Positions 10,461 through 21,158 of a DNA stretch of 64,000 nucleotides are shown here, piece after piece. Numbering within the stretch: position 1 is the stretch's first letter; each line of letters starts with the position of its first letter. The position numbers and the translations under genes were made by a program. A model generated the notes under the pieces. That model made no database searches and was not told the origin of the DNA. It saw only the letters and a list, made by a program, of their open reading frames with translations. The stretch is from Promethearchaeota archaeon (GTDB taxonomy: Archaea > Asgardarchaeota > Lokiarchaeia > Sigyniarchaeales > SOKP01), in assembly GCA_029838195.1 (NCBI GenBank), contig JALGVJ010000011.1, positions 1-64,000 of the forward strand. Direction: 5' to 3'.

Positions 10461-11072
10461 ATGAATGAAGCAAGTACAATTTTTAAAAAGCTTCATGAGA
10501 TTCTTGATGTATTGGAAAAATTCAAATACAACAAAGGTAAGAAGCTAAATCTTAATAAGTTAGCAAGCAGCTTGGAGATCCCCTCTAATTTACTTCCTAA
10601 AATTGCTCACCTCCTCGTGCGATTTCAAGAAGTGTTTAATTCTTTAGAAGAACATGAGCTTGAACTTGAAAATCAAGGAAATAATTATTACTTCTCTTTA
10701 ATGGAAAAAACCTTACCTGCGAGAAATAAAAATCTCTTTCCTCCTCCAAAAAGAATTGTTCTTACTGAAGATGAAGCTAACATCTTAAATGACATGATCT
10801 ATTCTTTCAAAAAAATCCGTAGAGGAGTTGGATTTGACCTATCTTCTCAAACAAATAACAAGCGGATTTTACAGCTGAATGAAAAACATCCCTATTTTTT
10901 CTTCAAAAACGGTAATGATTTGTATTATCCTTCTCAATTAGCTCTTACCTTGGGACAGAAATTGCTCATGTATAAAAAATCCCGCCGACCCTTTCATGAA
11001 TTAAAGGATTTGAATGTAAATGATATATCAATAAAAATTAGTGCATCTTCACATCAAAAAAAAAATAATTAA
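10461..11072 (+). CDS. Hypothetical protein, probably winged-helix
   Basis: 203-aa ORF with HTH-like 'LNLNKLASSLEIP'. Motif promoter at 10423-10438. Confidence 0.6.
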   Translation: MNEASTIFKKLHEILDVLEKFKYNKGKKLNLNKLASSLEIPSNLLPKIAHLLVRFQEVFNSLEEHELELENQGNNYYFSLMEKTLPARNKNLFPPPKRIVLTEDEANILNDMIYSFKKIRRGVGFDLSSQTNNKRILQLNEKHPYFFFKNGNDLYYPSQLALTLGQKLLMYKKSRRPFHELKDLNVNDISIKISASSHQKKNN

Positions 11073-11137
11073 TAAATACATTAAATAAAAAGAGAAAAAT
11101 CTAATAGGAGAAAATACGAAAAGGAGTAATTAAAATA

Positions 11138-11755
11138 ATGGAACACGAGTACTTGAAAAAAGACTTATCCCCCTATATCATTTTTAAATGTCCTTCCTGT
11201 CAAAACTTCTTGTATTTCAAGCAAGGAAAAAAGTCCAAGACCTGTACCCGCTGTAATAGACGATTTGGTCTCAAGCCTATTTTAGCTAATAAAATCATGA
11301 TAGTAAAAGGAATGACGGCGGCCGTCAATAAAGTGAAAGAATTACAGAACCGACGAGCCCTTAAAGAATTAGGAGAGGCCCCGAAACTACACGCTACCAA
11401 TCAGTATCAATTAAAACGATCATCATCATTTTTTATAGAAAATAAAAATAGTCATGAAAGTATCTCTTTTAAGAAAAAAATGAGAGATGAGGGATATAAT
11501 AAATCATTAGAAAGTAAGAAAAAAGTGAGAGATGATGGAGATCATGAATCATTAGAAACATTAACAAAACAAATGAAATTAGAACTATGGAAAATGTTCA
11601 AGACACATGGAAAATTACCAGCGCACGTTATTAACTTGATTTTTCAACACCACGACATTTCAAATAGAGAGAGAAATAAAATCCTGAGTAAATTAATCTC
11701 AGAAAAAATCGTGCTCCCTCAAAAAAATAATTATTTTATCATAAAAAATATGTAA
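11138..11755 (+). CDS. DUF1922-like Zn-ribbon protein with C-terminal wHTH
   Basis: 'YIIFKCPSCQNFLY..KTCTRCNR' CxxC pairs; SD-like GGAG upstream. Confidence 0.7.
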   Translation: MEHEYLKKDLSPYIIFKCPSCQNFLYFKQGKKSKTCTRCNRRFGLKPILANKIMIVKGMTAAVNKVKELQNRRALKELGEAPKLHATNQYQLKRSSSFFIENKNSHESISFKKKMRDEGYNKSLESKKKVRDDGDHESLETLTKQMKLELWKMFKTHGKLPAHVINLIFQHHDISNRERNKILSKLISEKIVLPQKNNYFIIKNM

Positions 11756-12306
11756 AAATAGATATTCTTTGGCAAGAACACAATTCTTGTTTTTTTTTCA
11801 AGCTCAAGTGTTTGTCATGAGTTATGAGGAGATGGAGTACAAATAAGGTCTCATCTGCTGATAAATAACCCCCCAATTGCGTTTTATTTTCGACACATAG
11901 AAAGAGCTCAGTGAACTCAAGAGTTTCACGTTCTCTTTCGTCATGAAATAGGAGTCTATGACCCAAATCTTGTAGGGAAATTTGAGAGGATATTCAAAAG
12001 GACCGCCGTAGTAATGCGTATGATCCTGGAACACACTCTTGAACTTAATAGGTGGATGATCCGACTCATCTGTTGCTTGATCTGCTCCCGAGCGATGTTC
12101 TCAGCAATGTTTTTGATTGAGGCTCTCTCATCCACTAAGAGGTCGTAGGCAAATGCCTTCATGGCCTTTTCCTTGGTGACCGGTAAACGCAAGCCATGAT
12201 CTTCAGAGAAATTCATAATAAACGGGTTTTCTTTCACGAGTAACATATTAAAATAAAGTGACATCCCTTTCTTATAAAATCGTGTAAGGCATGGGCGATA
12301 TACCAC
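11739..12306 (-). pseudogene. Frameshifted gene of unknown function
   Basis: Three overlapping minus-strand ORFs (11956-12306, 11822-12034, 11739-11966) read as consecutive pieces. The last is homologous to 18931-19200. Confidence 0.55.
11766..11853. repeat. Diverged 88-bp direct repeat, copy 1 (copy 2 at 18982-19069)
   Basis: Ungapped alignment at offset 7216: gaacacaa..gctcaagtg..atgaggagatg..aagg..ctca. Confidence 0.85.
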
Positions 12307-12469
12307 CTTTTTTACACGCAGATCTCTCTCATATCGAAATAGAGGTGCTATGATTTATAAAACTTCCGAGATACATTAAATTGTCGAACTTTAGATTAAA
12401 ATATAGCTATTTAAATTATTCATTTATTTAGAATTTCTCCTAATTTTCATAATAAAATCACTTAATAAG

Positions 12470-12499
12470 TTATGAATAGTTATTCATAATATTTAAATA
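12470..12499 (+). promoter_or_regulatory. Palindromic operator plus TATA box
   Basis: TTATGAATA-GT-TATTCATAA perfect inverted repeat (12470-12489), then TTTAAATA (12492-12499). Confidence 0.75.
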
Positions 12500-12597
12500 C
12501 TAGAATCATCTAATAATACTTGAAGAAATTAAAATTAAATCAAGTAACTTGAAGTTACTTGAAAAAATTAAATTTAAATTAAAAAAAATAGGAGGAG

Positions 12598-12816
12598 ATG
12601 AATATGCCAAGAGGAGATGGAACAGGTCCTACTGGTTTAGGACCCAAGACGGGACGTGCGTTAGGTTATTGCGCAGGATATAATAGTCCTGGTTTTACTA
12701 AAGGTCCAGGTCAGGGATTGGGTCTTGGAAGAGGTCTTGGAAGAGGTCTTGGAAGAGGTTCTGGAAGAGGATTCGGAAATGGTCGGGGCAGAAACCGTAG
12801 AACGTGGAGATATTAG
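12598..12816 (+). CDS. DUF5320 family protein
   Basis: MPRGDGTGPxGLGPxTGRxLGYCAGY signature, GRGL repeats. GGAGGAG SD suggests the start at 12604. Confidence 0.9.
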   Translation: MNMPRGDGTGPTGLGPKTGRALGYCAGYNSPGFTKGPGQGLGLGRGLGRGLGRGSGRGFGNGRGRNRRTWRY

Positions 12817-13131
12817 TAGATTAAACAATGCCGATCATCAACTATTTTTTTTACATTATTTTTTATATTTTTTGATTCTTGCTACTATTTTATTCTATTT
12901 TAGGTTTTTTAATTTTTTTTAAATATTCTTTAAATGATTTCAGCATTAGTTATGCTATATTATTAAACAAGCACATCATGAAAAGATTTAAATCTTGTTA
13001 TAAAAATGCTTGATGCTCAAACAAAACTTAAAGATAAATTTCTTTTATCTATTTTATTTAAAGTAATAAATTTTAGAGAAAATAGTCATTAAAAGTATTT
13101 CTTAATTTTTATAATAAATTAATCTCATGGA

Positions 13132-13161
13132 TTATGAATGATTATTCAGAATCCTTAAATA
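13132..13161 (+). promoter_or_regulatory. Second copy of the palindromic operator plus TATA box
   Basis: TTATGAATG-AT-TATTCAGAA followed by CTTAAATA at the same spacing as at 12470. Confidence 0.7.
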
Positions 13162-13231
13162 GGTAGATTAACTAATATTACATGAAAAAATTAAAAAATA
13201 TAATAATAAAAAAGGAGATGATGGAATAAAA

Positions 13232-13642
13232 ATGCCAAGAGGAGATGGAACAGGCCCAGCTGGCTTGGGGCCAATGACAGGTCGTGGTTTGGGTTATTGC
13301 GCAGGTTATAGTACTCCCGGATATACGAAGGGTCCTGGTCTTGGTTGGGGTCGCGGCTGGTGGGGTCGAGGTCGAGGTCTTGGTTGGGGCCGAGGATGGT
13401 GGGGTCGAGGATGGTGGGGTCGAGGATGGTGGAGATGGGGTGGTTATTATCCCTATGCTGCTCCAGTAGCAGTAACTGCTCCAGTAGTAGCACCATATAC
13501 CACACCAGTGGCTCTAAATCCTACTGACCAATTAGCGATGCTAAAACAAGAAAAAGAATACTTGGAATCCAATTTAAAAGGGATCCAAAACGCATTAAAA
13601 GATATTTCAAAAAAGATTGAAGAATTAGAACAAGAAAAATAA
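13232..13642 (+). CDS. DUF5320 family protein
   Basis: Same signature, GRGWW repeats, C-terminal coiled coil. Confidence 0.9.
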   Translation: MPRGDGTGPAGLGPMTGRGLGYCAGYSTPGYTKGPGLGWGRGWWGRGRGLGWGRGWWGRGWWGRGWWRWGGYYPYAAPVAVTAPVVAPYTTPVALNPTDQLAMLKQEKEYLESNLKGIQNALKDISKKIEELEQEK

Positions 13643-13797
13643 TTTTTATTTTTTTTTTCCTTGATATATCCATCTTATAATTAAAGGAAAAAATTTTAGT
13701 GATTAGAAGCGAACTTTAGTTTGTAAGGAATTTTTTTTATTCTTATTTTATTAAAATTTTAAGCAGTATTTTCAATTATTTTATTAGATTAATATTC

Positions 13798-13992
13798 GTA
13801 GATGATATAAAAGAGAGTCAAGAGGATTATTTAAAGGCAATTTATCTCATTTCTAAATCCAAAAAACGGGGCTGGGTGAACAATTCGGAGATCGCAAGAG
13901 TTATGAACGTTCAACCCTCTTCTGTTACAGAAATGCTGTATAAATTAAAAAAGAAAGGTTAATTTTTTGGAATCCCCGGAAAGCAATAAGGT
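13798..13992 (+). pseudogene. DtxR/MntR-family metal-dependent repressor fragment
   Basis: Manual translation gives ESQEDYLKAIYLISKSKKRGWVNNSEIARVMNVQPSSVTEMLYKLKKKG*, which continues LIFWNPRKAIR after a frameshift. No start codon. Confidence 0.85.
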
Positions 13993-14155
13993 CTCAAATC
14001 ACTCATTTAAGAAATGTTTATTAAAAAATTCATTTGAGATTTTCGAGAAATATTAATTTTGATATTGTTTTTTAAAAAAATTTCGAAAAAAAAATTTTTA
14101 AAGATAGAATTTATATTTTTTATAAGACAAATTTAATATTTTATTAAAATATATA

Positions 14156-17100
14156 ATGAGCGTCTCAAATTCAAAAAAAATAGTAAGTACAATTAATACT
14201 TGGTTAAATAAGTTAATCGATTTGAGCCGACGAAACCGTCAATTATATTTTAGGCCTACTAAGCGTTCCACAATTAAATTTTTAAAACCTTCATATCAAG
14301 AACTTTATGATATCCTGGTCAATAAGAGAAAGCCTATGAAAATTATTTATAGAAATATTGAAAATTTGAATAATCCTAAAAAAAAAAATAAAAATAATAA
14401 ATCTTCTGAACATGAAGAGAGCTATTTAGAATATAATAAACCTCTAAAAAAAGGAGAAATTTTGACTGATAAGGATGATGAAGAACTTAGTCGGTCATTA
14501 AGAAATTTATATTCTCGTTCAAGGACTTCTTTTCAAGAACAAGGAGTTAATATCTTATTTCTTGCTATAGGATTTTTAGAATGGAGAGAAGCAACTTATT
14601 CCGAAGTAAAAAATTTATCTCCTCTCCTATTAATTCCTGTTCTTTTAGAAAGAGAATCAATTCTTAAACCCTACAAATTGAAGTTCTTTGAAGATGATAT
14701 CTTAATAAACCCTTCTTTATCGGTAAAACTTCAAAATGATTTTAACATTACTTTACCAGAATTTAATGAAGGAGAAAATGAAATTGATAAGATTTTTGTT
14801 ATCATCGAGAAGGAAATAAGAAAACACATTGATGATCCAGATTGGAAACTGAACCATGATGTATATTTAAGTACATTTTCCTTTTCGAAATTAATGATGT
14901 ATAAAGACATAAAAGACAATGAAAATTTAATTAAAAAACATAAAATTCTTAGGGATCTGATTCTCGAAACTTCTAATGAAAAAATAGAAATGTATCCAGG
15001 AGAAATAATAGATGAAATGAATTCAGAAGAGATCTTTAATGTTTTAGACGCTGATTCTAGTCAACAAAATGTCATTTTAAACGCCATCAATGGAAGATCT
15101 TTTTCCGTGCAAGGACCTCCTGGTACTGGAAAAAGTCAAACAATTGCGAATATTATTGCTTCTTTTCTTGCCAAAGGAAAATCCGTACTTTTTGTAAGTG
15201 AGAAAATGGCTGCTTTAGAAGTTGTCATGAAGAGATTATCAGAATGTGGACTAAAAAATTATTGTTTAGAATTACACGGTTACAAAGCTAATAAAAAGGC
15301 TGTATATGAAGAATTATATCAATGTTGTTCAGACATTATAGAAGTAAAAGAACCTAAAATAGAGCTACTATGGACTTTAGATGAAAAAAAGAGAACATTA
15401 AATGATTATTATAAAGCATTAACAAAAAAATATCCTCCATTATATCATTCGGCATATTATCTTCATGGAGAACTTCTTAAATTACAAGATATTCCATGTG
15501 ATAATATTATATTAAATTTAGATATTAAAGAATATAATCAGAAAAAATTTAACACATTAATTCACTTATTCAATCAACTAGATAATATTTTTCCATTATT
15601 TAAATCTTATTTTAAAAATCCATGGTATGGGTTTGATTTATCTTGTCTTAGTTTTGATTTTCGAATGAATGCTGCATCACATTTTCAGACAATTATTCAT
15701 ATAATTGATGAATTAAGTTTTAAAGCTAAAAAGATTCAAAATTTATTACAAATTAAAAAAGAATTAACATATTATCACCTCACTGCTTTTTATGAATATG
15801 TTATAAATAATAATTACAATATTACTCCCCTTTTTTTTGAATTAGAAGATATAAATAATAGATTTTTAAAAAAATACAAAAATTTCTTAAGAATATTTAA
15901 ACCAAGTTATTGGAAAGATAGGAAAAATATTAAAAATTTATTTAATCATAAAAATGGGTTAAGCCACGATGAAGCACATGAGATTATTAAGAGAAGCTAC
16001 CAATATAAGCAAATTTTATCCATCCCGACATTCTATAAATGGGAAAAAGAGGATATTGAACAATCTAAAATTAAAAATCAATTATTTGAGAAAACATTTT
16101 TTGAAAATCTGAATACCTCTTTGCTTCAATATCATGAAAAATTGAAATATTTGCGTAGTTTATTTCCTAACATTGATACAAAAATATTTGATAAAGAACT
16201 TGAATATATATCTTTTTCTAAAATTACCAATTGGTTAAATAATAAAATAAAAAATTTAGACAAAATCGAAGATTGGAAAAAAATTGAAAGAATCCGTTTA
16301 GAATTTGAAAAAATTAACGAGGAACATCTATTCTTTAAGACATTGAAGTTTTCTTCTCGAATTTCTAATTTAAGCAAGACATTCAAAAAAAGGTTCTATA
16401 TTAAATATTTAGATTATATTTATTACAAAAATCCAATTTTATCATATTTTGAATCTAGTTATTTTAATTCAATTCTTAAAGACTTTAAATCATTAGATAA
16501 AAAACATATTGATCTTTCCCGTCAACAAATACAATTTATTTTAAATAATATAAAACCACAAGCTTCTTGGATTTTAGCTGATAGCTCACCTCTTAATATA
16601 TTGAAAAAAGAAGTAATTAAAAAAAGAAGAATTAAACCAATAAGGGTCTTGTTTTCAGAAATTCCAGATTTTATTAAATTAATCAAACCTTGTTTTTTAA
16701 TGAGTCCTTTATCTATTAGTAAATATTTAAAACCAGATATCTTCCAGTTCGATATTGTGTTATTTGATGAAGCCTCTCAAGTGCGACCTGAAGATGCTAT
16801 TGGAGCTATAATGAGGGCAAAACAAGTAGTAGTTGTTGGAGATCTAAAACAATTACCTCCTACTCCTTTTTTCCAAATTTTTTATGAAGAGGGCGATGAG
16901 GAAAATTATGATATAATTGATTATGAAAGTATTTTAGAACGCTTTTCAACCTCTGGATTTCAAAATTTAATGTTAAATTTTCATTATCGTAGTAAAAATG
17001 AAACCCTCATAGCTTTTTCAAATTATCATTTTTATGACAACCGGTTATATACATTTCCCGGAATAATATTTAAAAACGACAATTTTGGAATCGAATTTGA

Positions 17101-18703
17101 ATATGTCTCTGATGGGATATATGATCGAGGGAAAAGTAGAACGAATAAAAAAGAGGCTCGAAGAGTAGCTGAACTTGTAATCAACCATTTTAAAGAAAAT
17201 CCCGAATTTTCATTAGGTGTTATTGCATTTTCTCAAGCCCAACAAGAAGCAATTGAAATTGAGGTTGAAAATTTATTAAGAAATAATTTAGAACTTGAAA
17301 AATATTTCAATGATAATAATCTTGAAAGTTTTTTTATCAAAAATTTGGAAAACGTGCAAGGAGATGAAAGAGATTTTATGTTTTTTAGCATTGGATATGG
17401 AAAAGATATGGATGGAAAATTATACTTAAATTTTGGCCCATTAAATAAAGTAGGCGGTGAACGTCGTTTAAATGTTGCTATAACACGAGCACGATATAAG
17501 GTTAAAGTTATTAGTTCTATTAAATCTTCAGAAATAGATATTACTAAAACTAGAAGTGAAGGAGTAAAATTATTAAAACAATATTTAGAGTATGCTGAGC
17601 ATAAGGGAAATATAAATTATATAAAAACAAAAAATATTAATTTAACTGAAAATTTTGATTCTCCATTTGAAGAAGAAGTTTATAATGCCTTATCAAAATT
17701 AGGATATACTGTTCATACACAAGTAGGATGTTCTGGATTTAAAATCGATTTAGCAGTCGTGCACCCGAAATATCCGGGACGCTACATTCTTGGAATAGAA
17801 TGTGATGGAGCTCTTTATCATTCTTCATTTACAGCAAGAGATAGAGATCGTATTAGACAAGAAATATTAGAATTGCATGGATGGAAACTTCATCGAATTT
17901 GGTCTCGTGATTGGGTTATTAATCCTGAAAAAGAATTAATTAAAATAGTAAATCTCATTAAGAAATTAGAAAAAAAAAACAATACCATACTTAAAAAATC
18001 CAATAAAATAATAAAGGATACCACCAATATCAATCATTTTCTAAATAATAAAAATAATAATTCTAAAAATAATGTTTATGACAATAATTCCACTAAAAAA
18101 TCAATTGATTTTCAAAAGTTTCCAGAAGAATTTAAAGAATACGAGAAATATTCTTTAAAATGGCCGAATATATTTAATTTACAATATGGATCATTTCTTA
18201 AACAAGAATTTATTAGCAATGCAAAAAAACTCATCTATAACATCGTTGAGATAGAATCACCAATTACTATTAATGAATTATATTATAGAATTTCAAAATG
18301 TTGTGAACTAAAAAGATTAACAAAAAGAATGAAATCAAATATTGATATGGTGTTAAATGAAACCAAAGGTGTTTTCAAAAATGGAGATACAGTTTGGTTA
18401 AAAGAGCAATCTCTCATTCCTGTGCGGTATCCCAATTCAGCTGAATATAGAAGAAAAATTATTAATATCCCTAAAGAAGAAATAGCACAAGCAATATGTT
18501 ATTTATTAAGAGATGCTTTTTCTTTAAGTATCGATGAAGTCGTGTTATATACAGGCAAAATATTTGGGTATAATTCCATATCTGGAAAAAGTAAAGAATA
18601 TGTGTTAGATGTCCTTAAGTTCCTGACTAAAGAAAAATATGTCATTTATAAAGCTGGAAAGTTTTCATTAAAAGATAGGAATAATGTTGAACTAATAGTA
18701 TAA
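14156..18703 (+). CDS. DUF4011 / SF1 helicase / Vsr-like nuclease / DUF3320-like protein (Hhe-type anti-phage architecture)
   Basis: 'WLNKLIDLSRRN' (DUF4011), QGPPGTGKS, FDEASQ, VVGDLKQLPP, HYRS, ENVQGDERD, NVAITRAR, then 'FDSPFEEEV..IDLAV..GIECDG..RDRDRIRQ..GWKLHRIWS'. Confidence 0.9.
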   Translation: MSVSNSKKIVSTINTWLNKLIDLSRRNRQLYFRPTKRSTIKFLKPSYQELYDILVNKRKPMKIIYRNIENLNNPKKKNKNNKSSEHEESYLEYNKPLKKGEILTDKDDEELSRSLRNLYSRSRTSFQEQGVNILFLAIGFLEWREATYSEVKNLSPLLLIPVLLERESILKPYKLKFFEDDILINPSLSVKLQNDFNITLPEFNEGENEIDKIFVIIEKEIRKHIDDPDWKLNHDVYLSTFSFSKLMMYKDIKDNENLIKKHKILRDLILETSNEKIEMYPGEIIDEMNSEEIFNVLDADSSQQNVILNAINGRSFSVQGPPGTGKSQTIANIIASFLAKGKSVLFVSEKMAALEVVMKRLSECGLKNYCLELHGYKANKKAVYEELYQCCSDIIEVKEPKIELLWTLDEKKRTLNDYYKALTKKYPPLYHSAYYLHGELLKLQDIPCDNIILNLDIKEYNQKKFNTLIHLFNQLDNIFPLFKSYFKNPWYGFDLSCLSFDFRMNAASHFQTIIHIIDELSFKAKKIQNLLQIKKELTYYHLTAFYEYVINNNYNITPLFFELEDINNRFLKKYKNFLRIFKPSYWKDRKNIKNLFNHKNGLSHDEAHEIIKRSYQYKQILSIPTFYKWEKEDIEQSKIKNQLFEKTFFENLNTSLLQYHEKLKYLRSLFPNIDTKIFDKELEYISFSKITNWLNNKIKNLDKIEDWKKIERIRLEFEKINEEHLFFKTLKFSSRISNLSKTFKKRFYIKYLDYIYYKNPILSYFESSYFNSILKDFKSLDKKHIDLSRQQIQFILNNIKPQASWILADSSPLNILKKEVIKKRRIKPIRVLFSEIPDFIKLIKPCFLMSPLSISKYLKPDIFQFDIVLFDEASQVRPEDAIGAIMRAKQVVVVGDLKQLPPTPFFQIFYEEGDEENYDIIDYESILERFSTSGFQNLMLNFHYRSKNETLIAFSNYHFYDNRLYTFPGIIFKNDNFGIEFEYVSDGIYDRGKSRTNKKEARRVAELVINHFKENPEFSLGVIAFSQAQQEAIEIEVENLLRNNLELEKYFNDNNLESFFIKNLENVQGDERDFMFFSIGYGKDMDGKLYLNFGPLNKVGGERRLNVAITRARYKVKVISSIKSSEIDITKTRSEGVKLLKQYLEYAEHKGNINYIKTKNINLTENFDSPFEEEVYNALSKLGYTVHTQVGCSGFKIDLAVVHPKYPGRYILGIECDGALYHSSFTARDRDRIRQEILELHGWKLHRIWSRDWVINPEKELIKIVNLIKKLEKKNNTILKKSNKIIKDTTNINHFLNNKNNNSKNNVYDNNSTKKSIDFQKFPEEFKEYEKYSLKWPNIFNLQYGSFLKQEFISNAKKLIYNIVEIESPITINELYYRISKCCELKRLTKRMKSNIDMVLNETKGVFKNGDTVWLKEQSLIPVRYPNSAEYRRKIINIPKEEIAQAICYLLRDAFSLSIDEVVLYTGKIFGYNSISGKSKEYVLDVLKFLTKEKYVIYKAGKFSLKDRNNVELIV

Positions 18704-18712
18704 TTCTATCAA

Positions 18713-18898
18713 GTGGAATTTAAGCACTGGGAAAAAAATGTTATAAAAATATTGAATATGAACGATGGTAATATTCTCCAAACTCTTACAAGACATAGAA
18801 ATAGAGTTTTATCAATCGCATTTTCTCCTAGTAATCAATTTTTAGTGAGTGGCTCTCTAGATAGATCAATTAAAATTTGGAAATCAAGGAAAAAATAG
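18713..18898 (+). pseudogene. Single WD40 repeat remnant
   Basis: 'HRNRVLSIAFSPSNQFLVSGSLDRSIKIW'. One repeat cannot form a propeller. Confidence 0.75.
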
Positions 18899-18930
18899 AT
18901 TTAGTCCGCTTTCTAATATTAAAAGAAGGT

Positions 18931-19200
18931 TCACTCTTCTTTTTTCACGTGTATTTTTTTTAACAAGGTTTTCATGTATTCTCTTTGACGGGAACACAAA
19001 TCTTGCTTTTCTTTCGGGCTCAAGTGCTTGTTATGAGTCATGAGGAGATGAAGGACTAACAAGGACTCAAATCCCTCATTTAAAGAATGCTTGCTAAAAA
19101 ATTGTTTTTCAAAATGGATGATGGAGGAATTAGAATCATGCCCCTTCTTTACGAGCAGCTCATTGCCTTTTTTATCGGTTTTATCGTGCTTGGATGACAT
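18931..19200 (-). CDS. Small hypothetical protein or remnant, paralog of 11739-11966
   Basis: LLVLHLLMTHNKHLSPKEKQDLCSRQR vs LFVLHLLITHDKHLSLKKKQELCSCQR. Confidence 0.5.
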   Translation of the reverse strand: MSSKHDKTDKKGNELLVKKGHDSNSSIIHFEKQFFSKHSLNEGFESLLVLHLLMTHNKHLSPKEKQDLCSRQREYMKTLLKKIHVKKEE

Positions 19201-19248
19201 TATCCACGCTTAAATGTTTTTTAATATAGAATTGACCTACTAGTTCAT

Positions 19249-19857
19249 TTGTATTTTTTGAATTATATAAAGAAAAAATTAAATGTGGAAAACAATAGTG
19301 AAGAATTTTTATTTAAATATGTTGAATTCAAAAAACAATTAATGTCATTTGAAAAATTATTAACTCAGCTCAAGGAAATACATCTAGCATACCAAGAATG
19401 CTTTCTGAGACACGATCTTCCGAACCTTTCTTTTAACAAAAAACTCATGGAGGATTTAATCTTAGAATTAATAAAACTTGCAGAATATTCCGTACAATCA
19501 GAAGATATAAAAACAGCAATCAAAATATATACCCTATTATTAAGAGATTATCTTTATATAGTGGAAAAAATAGTGGATTTATCCATGATATATTTTTCTC
19601 TTTTTATATTAATTTTAGAGTATTACGGAGCTTCAGGCAATATCATGTTAGTTCTTTCACAAGAGAAAAAAGATAGTGTTCGACAATTGATACAAATATT
19701 CGAAAAATATTGTGAAGAGTTCGGAGGCTTCAGTGAAGTTTATCGATTATTAGCTGATTTATATAAAAAATTGGGAAACGTGAAAAAAGAGAAGGAATAT
19801 AAAGAGAAAGCACTTTTTAGTCCCGAACTCCTTGCCTACCTTAATAGTGATGATTAA
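19249..19857 (+). CDS. Helical, TPR-like hypothetical protein (start uncertain)
   Basis: 'VYRLLADLYKKLGNVKKEKEYKEKAL' is TPR-like. Confidence 0.55.
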   Translation: MYFLNYIKKKLNVENNSEEFLFKYVEFKKQLMSFEKLLTQLKEIHLAYQECFLRHDLPNLSFNKKLMEDLILELIKLAEYSVQSEDIKTAIKIYTLLLRDYLYIVEKIVDLSMIYFSLFILILEYYGASGNIMLVLSQEKKDSVRQLIQIFEKYCEEFGGFSEVYRLLADLYKKLGNVKKEKEYKEKALFSPELLAYLNSDD

Positions 19858-20058
19858 TCTTTTTATTTTCCCCTTTTTATTTTATCTTGAATTTTTTCTA
19901 TGCAATTATAATTGAGAAAAATCTGAATCCCATAGACAATGCTTTCTTTTTAATACTAATTTTAGTGCTTATTTCGGTTTTAAAATAAAGAATATGAATG
20001 AAATAAAAGAAATGGAATAAATTAAATATTAAATATTTATAAAAGAAAATTAGATGAG

Positions 20059-20298
20059 TTAAAAGCGGGATCTAATTATGATTAATTTTTTCTTTTTTTC
20101 CTGAATATCTGCTTTCTTTTTCTTAGTAATAAGATGAGAAGCTTTTTTGAACTCAATAATTTTCTTTATCTTAGAATTACGAGTTAATAGACTCAAAAAA
20201 TGCAATTCAACAGGGGATAAAGAATTCAAATAATCTTGGTCTTGATATTTCTCATGCTTCATGGAAAAATGATCTCTTATTGTTAGATTGAAGTACAT
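20059..20298 (-). CDS. Small basic hypothetical protein
   Basis: Starts 2 nt after the ThiF stop codon, consistent with an operon. Confidence 0.45.
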   Translation of the reverse strand: MYFNLTIRDHFSMKHEKYQDQDYLNSLSPVELHFLSLLTRNSKIKKIIEFKKASHLITKKKKADIQEKKKKLIIIRSRF

Positions 20299-20300
20299 AA

Positions 20301-21158
20301 TTATAATGTAAAATGGATGGGCTTCATGCGAAAATAATCGTAGCCAATAACATTGGGAGCCAAGATTTTTTGCTTCACCTCTAAGATTCCCGCATAAATC
20401 AGCTCGAACGCTAAATAAGAGGCACTCAAGCGAACAATGGGGCCCAATGACCGCAAGGGAATTTCCCTCGCCATCATTTTTTTCAAAGTTCCTCGCTCTC
20501 GATCAAACATTTCTGCCATGCCGGGAAACTTTAACACCTTAGGAATCAAGGCCTCTACAACGTTCATGCGAAGTATCTCCGACGTTCTCATCTCGTCTAT
20601 TGAAAGCTCATGGGTGTTCAATTCATAACAAGATTCATAATCCACGCTGTCGGGAGTAAACCACCATGCACATAAGTAAGGAATCGCCCACGTTTCCAGC
20701 ATGGGAATTGAGAGATTCCTGCACGTCCGAGCGATGAGTATCGAACTAATGGGGTCGTCTAATGTTAAAGCCACGACTTTTACATTCCCTACCATTTCAA
20801 TAACATTTTCTTCGCTTACTTCTTCGAAAATTTCAATATTCACTGCGGGATTTATATTTAATAACTTTTCTTTCACGCTCCTAACTTTTATTTCACCTAA
20901 ATCTGCTCTATTGCAGACTTGCCGATTTAAATTAGATTCCTCGAACATATCATTATCGCATAAAATTAAGTTTTCACATCCGCACCGCACGAGTTGCTCG
21001 GCGAGTGGACCGCCTAATCCCCCCACGCCTAACACGGCAATAGGCGTGGTGCGAAGAATCTCTTGTTCTTCAAAAGTAATGTATCCAATATTTCTTTTCA
21101 CGTGATTCCAATACGATTTCGTCCATGAAGATCGAATGATCTTAATTGGTTCTTGCAT
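20301..21158 (-). CDS. ThiF/MoeB/HesA (E1-like) adenylyltransferase
   Basis: GVGGLG and DNDMFEESNLNRQ; no CxxC Zn pairs. Motif promoter at 21238-21252. Confidence 0.9.
   Translation of the reverse strand: MQEPIKIIRSSWTKSYWNHVKRNIGYITFEEQEILRTTPIAVLGVGGLGGPLAEQLVRCGCENLILCDNDMFEESNLNRQVCNRADLGEIKVRSVKEKLLNINPAVNIEIFEEVSEENVIEMVGNVKVVALTLDDPISSILIARTCRNLSIPMLETWAIPYLCAWWFTPDSVDYESCYELNTHELSIDEMRTSEILRMNVVEALIPKVLKFPGMAEMFDRERGTLKKMMAREIPLRSLGPIVRLSASYLAFELIYAGILEVKQKILAPNVIGYDYFRMKPIHFTL

Noticed and set aside
12720-13440. Short tandem repeats (ggtcttggaaga; ggtcgaggatggtgg) as a possible CRISPR array
   Set aside because: They are in-frame GRGL/GRGWW coding repeats with no spacers.
20059-20298. 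Ubiquitin-like substrate of the ThiF enzyme
   Set aside because: No C-terminal GG or beta-grasp pattern.
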